64,000 bases of DNA from assembly GCA_017559305.1 (NCBI GenBank), contig JAFYSP010000028.1, positions 2,124-66,123 of the forward strand, given 5' to 3'. Below the pieces are notes generated by a model. The model made no database searches. It was not told the origin of the DNA and saw only the letters and a list, made by a program, of their open reading frames with translations. Of this stretch, positions 36,217 through 45,561 are shown piece after piece; positions within the stretch are counted from its first letter, which is position 1; every line of letters starts with the position of its first letter. The translations under genes were made by a program, and so were the position numbers. This DNA comes from Clostridia bacterium (GTDB taxonomy: Bacteria; Bacillota; Clostridia; Oscillospirales; Acutalibacteraceae).

Positions 36217-36966
36217 CTATTCCATTCCCAAAAACCTGATTATATATTCTCTGACGGTGTAGTGGATTATAAAAATATCGGTTTTTGCGGCAAGGGTGTA
36301 AATCTCTCCGCTATAACTTTCGCTTAAAATAAGCCGCGCTCTGCGAAGATGAAAACCGTTGCTGATAATTACAACGTTTTGGGGTTCATGACCCAATACC
36401 TCGAATGCAAATTGGAAATTTTCTCTTGTTGATTCCGATTTATCCTCAATGAAAAGGCGCTCTTTTGATATGCCCATTTTTTCGAGTTCTCTCGCAATAC
36501 ATCCGCCCTCGCTTATCTCGTCGCACGGGTCGAGCCCACCGGTGCAAACCGCTATGGTGTCGGGATTTTCTGCAAGATAAGAATATGCCGCGTCAATTCT
36601 TTGCCTTAACGCTCTTGATGGAACGTTGCCGTGTACTGCGGCGCCGAGAACTATGACACATTCGGCATTTTGCGGCGGCACTTCACTTGCAATCACCGAA
36701 AGATTTATTGCAAAGGCAGAAAAACTTATCACAAATCCGAGTATAACGGATACGAGCGCAAGCGCAAGGGCTTTGAGCAGTTTCCCTTTTTTGAGTGATA
36801 AAAGTCCGATTCCGCCGCTGATTCCGAATACCCCGAAAGCAATCGGCCAGAAGAAAACTATTATATCGTCAAATCCCTTGAAAACGGCAAGATATATAAA
36901 ATATAAAAGGCAGAAAAGAGCAGCCACTATCAAGGTTACCGATGTGAATTTTATGAGTTTTTTCAT
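36217..36966 (-). CDS. YdcF/ElyC (DUF218) family membrane protein
   Basis: VIVLGAAVHGNVPSRALRQRIDAAYSYL...STRENFQFA...IISNGFHLRRARL. The ATG at 36966 follows the RBS GGAGG. The ORF-track extension to 37524 is rejected. Confidence 0.8.
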   Translation of the reverse strand: MKKLIKFTSVTLIVAALFCLLYFIYLAVFKGFDDIIVFFWPIAFGVFGISGGIGLLSLKKGKLLKALALALVSVILGFVISFSAFAINLSVIASEVPPQNAECVIVLGAAVHGNVPSRALRQRIDAAYSYLAENPDTIAVCTGGLDPCDEISEGGCIARELEKMGISKERLFIEDKSESTRENFQFAFEVLGHEPQNVVIISNGFHLRRARLILSESYSGEIYTLAAKTDIFIIHYTVREYIIRFLGME

Positions 36967-37090
36967 ATTTTCCGCCTCCTTTTTATTGCTTGAGTTTAGG
37001 ATAACATCTTGAACTTTTTGTGTCAATAGCAGAGCAAAAAAATGCCGAAACGATTCTTGGTTTTCTTGCGCTTTTCCCACAAAACGATAT

Positions 37091-37119
37091 TTGACATTGT
37101 AAATATGTTGGAGTATAAT
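37091..37119 (+). promoter_or_regulatory. Consensus sigma-A promoter (TTGACA-17 nt-TATAAT) upstream of rsmA
   Basis: TTGACATTGTAAATATGTTGGAGTATAAT. Confidence 0.6.
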
Positions 37120-37168
37120 ATAAATTAAGATATTATGCAAATTTTCAAAAAAAGGGGGGCAAGGCGGC

Positions 37169-38047
37169 ATGTATAATCTGTCAGATGCAAACGTTATAAG
37201 ACGGCTTTTGACCGATGCGGGATTTTCTTTCAAAAAATCTCTCGGACAAAATTTCCTTATAGACCCTTCTGTTTGTCCCGAAATGGCGATGTCAGCCGCC
37301 GAGCAGGAAAACGATTTTGCTCTTGAAATCGGCCCCGGTGTCGGAGTGCTGACTGCAGAACTTGCAAAAGAGTTCGATAAGGTCGTAACGGTTGAACTTG
37401 ATGAGCGACTTCGTCCCGTCCTTGCCAAAACGTTAAAGGATGCAGATAACGTTGAGGTTGTATGGGGAGATGCAATGAAATTGCCTCTCGCCGATATAAT
37501 CAAGCAAAAAAGCACAAGCGGCACGGCAAGTGTCTGCGCTAATTTGCCCTATTATATAACCTCTCCAATTATAATGATGCTGCTTGAAAGCAATCTGCCG
37601 ATAAGGGATATAACGGTTATGGTGCAAAAGGAGGCTGCCGAGCGTATCTGCGCAGAAGTAGGCACGAGGGCGGCAGGTGTGCTGACGGTTTCGGTCGGAT
37701 ACTATGCCGAGCCCGAAATCCTGTTCGAAGTTCCGAGAACTTCATTTATGCCAAGTCCCGACGTTGACAGCGCCGTAATAAAACTCAAAATCAGAAAAGA
37801 ACCCCCTGTAAACGTAGCAAACGAAAAGCAGTTTTTCAGTTTTGTAAAAGCGGCATTCGGGCAGAGAAGAAAAACTTTGCAGAATTCTCTTTCATCACTT
37901 GGCGGATATGCAAAAACCGATATTGCCGAGGCGCTTGAAAAGGCAGACCTAAGACCTGACGTTCGAGCTGAGGCGCTCAACTTTGACCAACTTGCAACAC
38001 TTTTTAATGCATTATATAAAATAAAAGCAGAAAGGAACGGAAAATGA
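37169..38047 (+). CDS. rsmA: 16S rRNA (adenine1518/1519-N6)-dimethyltransferase
   Basis: FKKSLGQNFLID...LEIGPGVGVLT...ANLPYYITSPI. Confidence 0.92.
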   Translation: MYNLSDANVIRRLLTDAGFSFKKSLGQNFLIDPSVCPEMAMSAAEQENDFALEIGPGVGVLTAELAKEFDKVVTVELDERLRPVLAKTLKDADNVEVVWGDAMKLPLADIIKQKSTSGTASVCANLPYYITSPIIMMLLESNLPIRDITVMVQKEAAERICAEVGTRAAGVLTVSVGYYAEPEILFEVPRTSFMPSPDVDSAVIKLKIRKEPPVNVANEKQFFSFVKAAFGQRRKTLQNSLSSLGGYAKTDIAEALEKADLRPDVRAEALNFDQLATLFNALYKIKAERNGK

Positions 38048-40200
38048 ATATAGATAATTTGGCGGTAATAATTCCGTCCCTCGATCCCGATGAGAAACTT
38101 TTGCGTACAGTTGAAGGTTTAGAGAAGATCGGATTTAAGAATATCATTCTCGTAAACGACGGTTCAAAGCGTGAAAACCTAAAATATTTCCCATCTCTCG
38201 ATGGCCACGATGGTAGGGTTTTACTTCACCACCCTCACAATAAAGGTAAAGGCGCAGCACTTAAAACCGCATTCAAATACGTCCTCGAAACAAGACCTGA
38301 CCTCGAAGGAGTAATCACCGCAGATGGTGACGGTCAGCATTTGGCGGAGGATATTCTTGCTTGCGGCGAGAAAATGTATGAAACTAAAGGCGTAGTGCTC
38401 GGATGCCGTGATTTTTCACAAAAGGACGTTCCCACCCGCTCAAAATTCGGAAACAGAACGACCTCTTTTGTGATGCGTCTTTTCTGCGGAATGAAACTTT
38501 CGGACACACAGACCGGACTCAGAGCAATACCTTTTTATTACCTTGAGGATTTAATGGATGTTAAGGGCGATAGATTCGAGTACGAAACGAATATGTTGAT
38601 TGCTCTTAAACAGTATAGAATTCCATACTCAGAGCAAAAAATCAAAACTGTTTATATTGAGGAAAACAAGACGTCTCATTTCAGACCGGTCAGAGATTCC
38701 ATAAGAGTTTACAGATTTATTTTATCGTATTGCTTGTCAAGTGTACTTTCGGCAGGCGTTGACGAGTTGGCATTTTACTTGTTCTTGAGATTTTTGAACG
38801 TCGGCGCATTGACGGTACTTACAAGCACAGTCTTTGCAAGAGTAATATCTTCTCTTACAAACTTTACAATCAATAAGAACACTGTTTTTTTCAATAACGG
38901 AAGCGTTGCAAAAACGCTGATTAAATATTATGTTCTTGCAATTCCTCAGATGCTTTTGTCTGCGGGATTGGTTTATGGATTTGGCGCACTTGCAAAATAT
39001 TTCGGTTTACAAACAACCGATTTGATTCTCACAATCATAAAGATAGTTGTAGACACTTTGCTTTTCTTTGCAAGTTTCAGAATTCAGCAAAACTGGGTTT
39101 TTGCAGAGGAAAGAGAAGAATATAAAAAGAAAAAACTCACCTTCGGAAGAGTAATAGCAAGAATTTTCCTTTGTGCCATTTCACTTGTTCTTGCTTGTGT
39201 GGTTACTGTTGTTACCGCTTGCGCCGTCATAGCGCATGGACCAAGCAAAACCATTCGTAACGCTTTAGTACTTTCGGCAAAACAGGCGAGCGCTACAAAA
39301 TGGATTCCTGAACTCTTTTTAGACCAGGCAGTCGTTAATCAGATAATCGAAGACTCTAAAAAGGTAACTACCGAGGTTTTGGATATTGAAGATGTTTCGA
39401 GCGATGCAGACGAGTGGGAAAACGCTCAGGATGGAATGCTCTATTACAATATAAGCAGACCCACATTTAAGGCGTATATGCTTATAGTCAAAGATCCAAG
39501 CCGTCTTTCCGTAGGAGTCGCTACCGATAATTTCAAAACTTCGACAGGCGGCGCAAGATTTTATGAAATTGCTCAAAAATATGGCGCTGTAGCTCTTATA
39601 AATGCAGGAGAATTTGCCGATGTTGGCGGTGTGGGTAACGGCGCTCAACCGATAGGTATTACATATTCAAAAGGAAATCTCGTCTGGAATGACGGCAACA
39701 CAAGTCGCACGTATATCGGATTTGATAACAACAATAATCTTGTTGTAAAAGAGGGTATAACAGTTGCCGAGGCAGAGCAATTGGGAATTCGTGACATGGT
39801 TGCTTTCCAGAATAACAACGTTCTTATCGAGCGTGTTGGCGATCAAGTCAAGGTAAATTACAAATCAGGGGATAACGGTACTGCACAACGCACCGCAATC
39901 GGTCAGAGAGCAGACGGAGCCGTAATATTGCTTGTAACCGATGGCAGAACAGCATCAAGCCTTGGCGCAACACCTGACGACGTTATCAGTGTTATGCTTG
40001 AGCATGGCGCAGTAACAGCCGCTATGCTTGACGGCGGTTCATCTGCTATGATGTATTACGAAAATTACATCCAAAAACTCGGCGTAGATGAGTCCACACT
40101 TGACCAGTATCAAAAAATGGGCCTTCTTAATAAGTACAAAGCATTTGTAACGCCGAGAAGAATGCCAACATATTTCATAGTTGCACCGGAGGGAAACTAA
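38044..40200 (+). CDS. Triple-domain fusion: family 2 glycosyltransferase (GtrB/DPM1-like), GtrA-like 4-TM domain, and extracytoplasmic phosphodiester glycosidase (NAGPA/DUF2233) domain
   Basis: N-terminus: AVIIPSLDPDEKL...ADGDGQH...TQTGLR. Middle: the GtrA-like helices end in FASFRIQQNWVF. After an extra TM segment: YMLIVKDPSRL...LINAGEF...RTAIGQRADGAVILLVTDGR...GGSSAMMY. Confidence 0.75.
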   Translation: MNIDNLAVIIPSLDPDEKLLRTVEGLEKIGFKNIILVNDGSKRENLKYFPSLDGHDGRVLLHHPHNKGKGAALKTAFKYVLETRPDLEGVITADGDGQHLAEDILACGEKMYETKGVVLGCRDFSQKDVPTRSKFGNRTTSFVMRLFCGMKLSDTQTGLRAIPFYYLEDLMDVKGDRFEYETNMLIALKQYRIPYSEQKIKTVYIEENKTSHFRPVRDSIRVYRFILSYCLSSVLSAGVDELAFYLFLRFLNVGALTVLTSTVFARVISSLTNFTINKNTVFFNNGSVAKTLIKYYVLAIPQMLLSAGLVYGFGALAKYFGLQTTDLILTIIKIVVDTLLFFASFRIQQNWVFAEEREEYKKKKLTFGRVIARIFLCAISLVLACVVTVVTACAVIAHGPSKTIRNALVLSAKQASATKWIPELFLDQAVVNQIIEDSKKVTTEVLDIEDVSSDADEWENAQDGMLYYNISRPTFKAYMLIVKDPSRLSVGVATDNFKTSTGGARFYEIAQKYGAVALINAGEFADVGGVGNGAQPIGITYSKGNLVWNDGNTSRTYIGFDNNNNLVVKEGITVAEAEQLGIRDMVAFQNNNVLIERVGDQVKVNYKSGDNGTAQRTAIGQRADGAVILLVTDGRTASSLGATPDDVISVMLEHGAVTAAMLDGGSSAMMYYENYIQKLGVDESTLDQYQKMGLLNKYKAFVTPRRMPTYFIVAPEGN

Positions 40201-41232
40201 ATGAGTACATTTTCTAAAATTTTTCTTTCTGTAGTTGCAGCGTTTTTGGTTTTGCTTGTAGTGAGCTCGTTTGTTCTTGCTGCTGCTATGAAAGATTATG
40301 AAAGCAATCTTCCTCAAAGTATGGCGCAAGTGTATTTTGAAGAACAGGTAAAGACAGGTAAACTTTACGGCATCGGCGGAACAGAGTTTGAGTCGAAGGT
40401 AAACGTTGTCAATGCTTTTACAGATAAATACAAATCGGAAAATATGACCCTTTTTACCGTCACTTCGTCAGAAAATGACGTTTACAAGTATATTGTCAAA
40501 TCGGGCGACGAAAAAGTGCTCACCATGACCATTGTTGCAAACGGCAAGGAAAGTAAATTCGGTTTTCCGACACATATAATAGAGAAGATAGATTTACATT
40601 TTGGAAACTCTATAATACTTCGTGCACCTGCCGATTGTATCGTTCAGGTCAATGGAGTCAAATTAGAGGAAAAGCACCGCACTTCACAAAGCGCAGAGGA
40701 TATTGCTTTGCCGGAGGGCATAGAGGCTGTTCCGATTTATACCTATAAAATCAACAATCTTTTCAAAGAGCCTGACATTGTCGCAAAAGATCAAAACGGC
40801 AACAACTTACAGGTTGTATATAACGAAACTTCAAAGGAATATGAAGTTTTACAAAATCAGGATGAACAACTCAAAGAAAACTATGGTTATCTTGCCCGTA
40901 CAGTTGTAAGAACTTATGCGACCTATATGCAAAACGACTGTAAGTTTGGCGACATAGCCAAGTATTTGCAAAAGGGAACAAACACTTATAATTATATAAA
41001 AACCAGCGAAGTCGGTTGGGTTTGGGCACACGAAGGATTTGATTTTTCTGATGAGTGGTGCGGCGAGTTCAAAAAGATAAATGAGAACGTTTTCACCTGT
41101 CGAGTAAAAATGACACAGACCTTGCATCTTACCGACAAGCAACCCTATAAAGACTATATAGACGTTACGTTGTGCTTTAACAAACAAGCAAGCGGCACGT
41201 ATTTGGTATATAGTTTAAAAGGAAACCGATAG
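40201..41232 (+). CDS. Hypothetical membrane-anchored extracytoplasmic protein
   Basis: N-terminal TM segment IFLSVVAAFLVLLVVSSFVLAAA. The RBS GGAGGG lies in the upstream gene's end. No family recognised. Confidence 0.6.
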   Translation: MSTFSKIFLSVVAAFLVLLVVSSFVLAAAMKDYESNLPQSMAQVYFEEQVKTGKLYGIGGTEFESKVNVVNAFTDKYKSENMTLFTVTSSENDVYKYIVKSGDEKVLTMTIVANGKESKFGFPTHIIEKIDLHFGNSIILRAPADCIVQVNGVKLEEKHRTSQSAEDIALPEGIEAVPIYTYKINNLFKEPDIVAKDQNGNNLQVVYNETSKEYEVLQNQDEQLKENYGYLARTVVRTYATYMQNDCKFGDIAKYLQKGTNTYNYIKTSEVGWVWAHEGFDFSDEWCGEFKKINENVFTCRVKMTQTLHLTDKQPYKDYIDVTLCFNKQASGTYLVYSLKGNR

Positions 41233-41241
41233 GAGATAAAA

Positions 41242-41808
41242 ATGATAGAGTGGATTACGAATATTGACCTTGCAATATTAGACTTTATTCAAAAAAATAT
41301 CAGATGCGACTTGCTTGACGTAATCGTTCCGCCCATTACTCACCTCGCCGAAGCGGGAGCTATCTGGATAGCAGTTGCAGTTGTGTTGATTCTTTTCAAG
41401 AAGACGAGAAAAACCGGATTTATGGTAGGGGCTGCATTGATTATAGGACTTGCTCTTGGAAATGGCGTGCTCAAAAACGTAATCGCAAGAACAAGACCTT
41501 ACGACCTTAACGGTGTGAATATTGATTTACTCGTAAATAAGTTGCATGATTTTTCATTCCCATCAGGTCATACACTTGCTTCCTTTGAGGCGGCGACCGT
41601 GCTTATGATAAGGGATAAAAGAATGGGAATTCCTGCTCTTTCACTCGCAATAATCATTGCTCTTACAAGACTTTATCTTTATGTACATTATCCTACCGAC
41701 GTGTTGGCAGGTATGCTGCTTGGCATCGCATTTGCCTTTATCGGTGTCTTTATTGTTAATAAAATTTATAAAGCACTGTCTCGCAAGTTTCCGAACATCG
41801 AGGGTTAA
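41242..41808 (+). CDS. PAP2 family phosphatase (polyprenyl-diphosphate / lipid phosphate phosphatase type)
   Basis: KNVIARTRP...SFPSGHT...LYVHYPTDV are the three PAP2 motifs. Confidence 0.85.
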   Translation: MIEWITNIDLAILDFIQKNIRCDLLDVIVPPITHLAEAGAIWIAVAVVLILFKKTRKTGFMVGAALIIGLALGNGVLKNVIARTRPYDLNGVNIDLLVNKLHDFSFPSGHTLASFEAATVLMIRDKRMGIPALSLAIIIALTRLYLYVHYPTDVLAGMLLGIAFAFIGVFIVNKIYKALSRKFPNIEG

Positions 41809-41938
41809 AGACGTTTGCTTTTTCACCGAGCAATTGCCTTGTGTAAAATAGTTTTGCGAATAAACTTGCAAACACCGCAAACCCTATAATAAATAGGGCA
41901 ATGGCACTTATAAAAATAATTTTAACAGAATCTTTCAT
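41756..41938 (-). CDS. Possible small single-TM protein (60 aa) overlapping the PAP2 3' end; weak call
   Basis: MKDSVKIIFISAIALFIIGFAVFASLFAKLFY... with the RBS AAAGGA upstream. It has a 53-bp convergent overlap with the PAP2 gene and no recognised family. Confidence 0.2.
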   Translation of the reverse strand: MKDSVKIIFISAIALFIIGFAVFASLFAKLFYTRQLLGEKANVFNPRCSETCETVLYKFY

Positions 41939-41948
41939 TGCTTTTTCC

Positions 41949-41977
41949 TTTACAAGTATTGGAAAATGTGATACAAT
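41949..41977 (+). promoter_or_regulatory. Sigma-A type promoter (TTTACA-17 nt-TACAAT with an extended TG)
   Basis: TTTACAAGTATTGGAAAATGTGATACAAT lies 31 nt upstream of the ATG at 42009. Confidence 0.5.
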
Positions 41978-42008
41978 ACCTTTAATTATTAATGTGGAGT
42001 TGATAAAA

Positions 42009-42296
42009 ATGGCACAAAGCGATTTTTTGACATATAAGGGCAGACCGCTTGTCCGCAGTAAAGACACTATTTATTATGGTTCTTCTGCCGAAAAATATGT
42101 TATAATGCTTCAAATTCTTTCTAAGAAAAAAGTGGGAGACGAGGAGATAGCCGATAAAGTTTCGGTGCAACTCTTGTCTACTGACGATACGCTTCCGCCT
42201 GCCGAAAGAATTTCTAAAAAGACCGAGAAAAACGGACTTTATAACGCACTTGACATCGGAGCTATCTGGCTCGAAAGATCTCTTAAAAACCAGTAA
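42009..42296 (+). CDS. Hypothetical small cytoplasmic protein (95 aa)
   Basis: MAQSDFLTYKGRPLVRSKDTIYYGSSAEKYVIMLQILSKKKVG... It has an RBS (TGGAG), a promoter and a terminator, but no family was recognised. Confidence 0.5.
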   Translation: MAQSDFLTYKGRPLVRSKDTIYYGSSAEKYVIMLQILSKKKVGDEEIADKVSVQLLSTDDTLPPAERISKKTEKNGLYNALDIGAIWLERSLKNQ

Positions 42297-42298
42297 AA

Positions 42299-42326
42299 AA
42301 AGCCCCGTTTTTACGGGGATTTTTTG
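42299..42326 (+). terminator. Rho-independent terminator
   Basis: AGCCCCG-TTTTTA-CGGGGATTTTTT. Confidence 0.55.
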
Positions 42327-42356
42327 CATATTTTAGTTTCCTGAGGAGGAATGAAA

Positions 42357-43415
42357 ATGAGTAAAATAAAGGAATTTTTAAAAAGAAAAGACGTGACACT
42401 GTCACCCAAAAAATATTTTGTAGACGCTATGGGCTCGATGGCGCTCGGACTTTTTGCATCACTTCTGATAGGCACGATTTTTGATACCATCGCTACATAT
42501 ACCAACTGGGCATTTATAGCAGACCTTGCAAGTTTTGCAAAACAAGCAACGGGTGCGGCTTTAGGCGTTGCAATAGCATATAGTCTTAAAGCACCGCCAT
42601 TGGTTATGCTTTCGGCGGCGGCAGTCGGAATTGCAGGTAACAATATCGGCGACGTTTTTATGCTCGGCGGTGTTGAAAAGACCGTAACTGCAGGTCCCGC
42701 AGGTGCTTTTGTTGCAGTTCTTATTGCGGTAGAACTCGGAAAACTCGTTTCCAAAGAAACCCACGTGGATATATTAGTCACTCCAACCGTAACAATAGTA
42801 TCGGGCGTTGCCATTGCAAAACTCATAGGACCTGCAATTGCTTATTGTATGTATTGGATAGGCCATTTTGTAAATACCGCAACAGTAATGCAACCTGTTT
42901 TGATGGGTATTATAATTTCGGTTGTCGTCGGTATCGTTCTGACACTTCCGATAAGCAGCGCTGCTTTGTGTGCGATGATTGGAATATCGGGTATCGCAGG
43001 CGGTGCGGCAGGAGCAGGATGTTGTGCGCAGATGGTCGGATTTGCGGTTATCAGCTTTTCAGTCAACGGTTTTTCAGGACTTATCGCTCAAGGACTTGGC
43101 ACCTCAATGCTGCAGATGGGCAATATCGTCAAAAACCCAAGAATCTGGATTGCTCCCACCCTTGCCTCTGCTATAACAGGACCTTTGTCCACAGCCGTTT
43201 TCGGCCTTGAATGTACAGGCGTTTCGGCAGGTATGGGCACTTGCGGACTTGTAAGTCCTATCAATATGATATCAAGTATGGCAATGGACCTTACGGGTTG
43301 GATCGGACTTGTTTTAGTTTGCTTTATCCTTCCTGCGCTTTTGTCCTGGCTTATTAACCTCGCATTGCTCAAAATGGGCTGGGTAAAACCCGAAGACTAC
43401 AAACTCGCATTGTAA
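42357..43415 (+). CDS. PTS EIIC-like integral membrane protein (PTS_EIIC_2-type), no EIIA/EIIB partner in the window
   Basis: About 10 TM helices. The N-terminus KEFLKRKDVTLSPKKYFVDAMGSMALGLFASLLIGTI is typical of this family as I recall it. Confidence 0.6.
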   Translation: MSKIKEFLKRKDVTLSPKKYFVDAMGSMALGLFASLLIGTIFDTIATYTNWAFIADLASFAKQATGAALGVAIAYSLKAPPLVMLSAAAVGIAGNNIGDVFMLGGVEKTVTAGPAGAFVAVLIAVELGKLVSKETHVDILVTPTVTIVSGVAIAKLIGPAIAYCMYWIGHFVNTATVMQPVLMGIIISVVVGIVLTLPISSAALCAMIGISGIAGGAAGAGCCAQMVGFAVISFSVNGFSGLIAQGLGTSMLQMGNIVKNPRIWIAPTLASAITGPLSTAVFGLECTGVSAGMGTCGLVSPINMISSMAMDLTGWIGLVLVCFILPALLSWLINLALLKMGWVKPEDYKLAL

Positions 43416-43445
43416 TATTCACCCACCAATAAAGGAGAATGTAAA

Positions 43446-45485
43446 ATGAAAAAACTTTTATCACTCATTTTATCATTTGTTCTTATAGTGTCGGTAGTGA
43501 CAATGGGTCTATTCACCCTCACCGCCTCTGCTGCCGCTAGTGGCACCACAGGTGACTGCACATGGACACTTGACGGCACTGTGCTTACTATTAGCGGCAA
43601 TGGTAAGATGGGTGATTATCAAAGACCTTGGGGACCTGATATAACCGCTGTTATTATTGAAAACGGTGTCACAAGTATAGGCGAGAGTGCATTCAATGAC
43701 TGCACTTCGCTCACGAGCATCTTAATCCCCGATAGTGTCTGGGGTATAGGCGAGTATGCATTCTCTAGTTGTACTTCGCTCACAAGCATTGTAATCCCCG
43801 ACAGTGTCACAAGTATAGGTCATGATGCATTCTCTGATTGCACTTCGCTTACTGATATATGGTATGGCGGCAGCCAAACAGACAGAGAAAATATTTCCAT
43901 CGGATCAAGCAATGATTATCTGACCGATGCTACTTGGCACTATAATATCTGCATTAAATCTAATAACAAAGAACATGTGTACACAAATAAGTGCGACAAT
44001 ACATGTAACACTTGCGGTGAAACAAGAACAGTTCCCGACCACGTTTATGATGACACTTGTGATAAAACTTGTAATGAGTGTGGTTATGTAAGAAGCATCA
44101 GACATACCTATCAAAACGTTTGTGACGACACCTGCGACGTTTGTGGTTTTACAAGAACGGTTGAGGGTCATTCTTATAGTGCGGTATGCGATAAAACCTG
44201 CAATTTCTGTGGCGCAAAAAGAGAAGCCGCAGACCATACATATGACCACGGTTGTGATAACACCTGTAACGTTTGCGGCACAAAGCGCACAACCCAACAT
44301 TCATATACAAACTCATGTGATCAGACTTGTGATGCTTGTGGTTATAAAAGAAAGGTTTCGGCTCATTCTTATTCCTACAGTTGCGATACCACCTGTAATA
44401 TTTGCAACTTCACAAGAACAATCAAACATACGTACAGCAATATTTGTGATACTATTTGTGATGTTTGCGGAGACGTTCGAAAAGAGCAAGAACATATATA
44501 TGATGCGCCTTGCGACAAGACGTGCAACGTCTGCGGCAAAATAAGAAATGCATCAGAGCATGTTTATATAAATGCTTGCGATAGAACTTGCGAAGAATGT
44601 GGCGAAAAAAGAACAATCAAGCATGCATATGAACTTATTACCGTCAAAAAAGCAACCCTTACCGCAAATGGCAAGCAAGAGTATACTTGCGCCGAGTGTG
44701 GATATGTAATAAGTTCAAGTGTAAAGACTGTCTATAAGGTAACGTCTTTCAAACTTTCAAAGACTTCATACACCTACGACGGCAAGGTCAAAACACCTAC
44801 TGTTACAGTCAAAGATTCAAATGGTAACACCTTGAAGAAAGATACCGATTATACAGTAACCTTTGCGAGCGGCAGAAAGAATACAGGTACTTATAAGGTT
44901 ACAATCAAGATGAAGGGCAAGTATTCAGGTACCAAAACCCTTACCTTCAAGATTAACCCTGCAAAGTCAACCACCTGTAAGTTCAGCCTTTCTGCAACCT
45001 CTTATACCTACGATGGCAAGGTAAAGACACCCACTATCACAGTTAAGAATGCAAACGGCACCAAGCTTAAAAAGGGTACTGACTATGATGTAACCTATGC
45101 CTCAGGCAGAAAGAACGTCGGTACTTACAAGGTTACAATCAAAATGAAGGGCAATTACACAGGAACCAAGACCCTTACGTTCAAGATTAACCCTGCAAAG
45201 ACAACGGTATCCAATGTAACAGGCGGAGCAAAGAAACTCACAGTATCTATTACCAAAAAAACCGCACAGACTACAGGTTACGAAGTACAGTACTCAACAA
45301 GCAGTAAGTTCACAACCAAGACTACCAAGACAAAGGTAATCACAAAGAACACAACTACCAAGACAACAATCACTAAACTTACTGCAAAGAAGACCTATTA
45401 CGTAAGAGTTCGTACCTACAAGACCGTAAACGGCAAGAAATACTACTCTGCTTGGTCTACAGCAAAATCCGCAAAAACTAAATAG
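43446..45485 (+). CDS. Secreted surface protein, paralog of 27520-31167: signal peptide, BspA-type LRR, 10 tandem Cys/His mini-repeats, two Ig-like (MBG-like) modules, FN3
   Basis: The first ~55 aa are nearly identical to the 27520 protein (..TLTASAA.SGTTGDCTWTLDGTVLTISG). Repeats and modules are as listed for that protein. Confidence 0.85.
   Translation: MKKLLSLILSFVLIVSVVTMGLFTLTASAAASGTTGDCTWTLDGTVLTISGNGKMGDYQRPWGPDITAVIIENGVTSIGESAFNDCTSLTSILIPDSVWGIGEYAFSSCTSLTSIVIPDSVTSIGHDAFSDCTSLTDIWYGGSQTDRENISIGSSNDYLTDATWHYNICIKSNNKEHVYTNKCDNTCNTCGETRTVPDHVYDDTCDKTCNECGYVRSIRHTYQNVCDDTCDVCGFTRTVEGHSYSAVCDKTCNFCGAKREAADHTYDHGCDNTCNVCGTKRTTQHSYTNSCDQTCDACGYKRKVSAHSYSYSCDTTCNICNFTRTIKHTYSNICDTICDVCGDVRKEQEHIYDAPCDKTCNVCGKIRNASEHVYINACDRTCEECGEKRTIKHAYELITVKKATLTANGKQEYTCAECGYVISSSVKTVYKVTSFKLSKTSYTYDGKVKTPTVTVKDSNGNTLKKDTDYTVTFASGRKNTGTYKVTIKMKGKYSGTKTLTFKINPAKSTTCKFSLSATSYTYDGKVKTPTITVKNANGTKLKKGTDYDVTYASGRKNVGTYKVTIKMKGNYTGTKTLTFKINPAKTTVSNVTGGAKKLTVSITKKTAQTTGYEVQYSTSSKFTTKTTKTKVITKNTTTKTTITKLTAKKTYYVRVRTYKTVNGKKYYSAWSTAKSAKTK
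43974..44621 (+). repeat. 10 tandem coding repeats of 21-22 aa with consensus H-x-Y-x3-C-D-x-T-C-x2-C-G-x2-R
   Basis: HVYTNKCDNTCNTCGETR / HVYDDTCDKTCNECGYVR / HTYQNVCDDTCDVCGFTR / HSYSAVCDKTCNFCGAKR / HTYDHGCDNTCNVCGTKR / HSYTNSCDQTCDACGYKR / HSYSYSCDTTCNICNFTR / HTYSNICDTICDVCGDVR / HIYDAPCDKTCNVCGKIR / HVYINACDRTCEECGEKR. Confidence 0.9.
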
Positions 45486-45496
45486 TTTATGCATAA

Positions 45497-45528
45497 CAAA
45501 AAAGCACCTCGAAAGAGGTGCTTTTTTT
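45497..45528. terminator. Bidirectional terminator (same sequence as at 36187-36216)
   Basis: AAAAAAGCACCTC-GAAA-GAGGTGCTTTTTTT. Confidence 0.75.
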
Positions 45529-45561
45529 GTCCTTATGGAGAGGCAGGGATGATAAAAATTA

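Noticed and set aside
36967-37524. N-terminal extension of the ORF-track entry 36217..37524 (435 aa, minus strand)
   Set aside because: The extension is low-complexity (Ser/Ala/Thr/Pro-rich) and lies antisense to the well-supported rsmA gene and its promoter. The DUF218 homology starts at the ATG at 36966, which has a GGAGG RBS.
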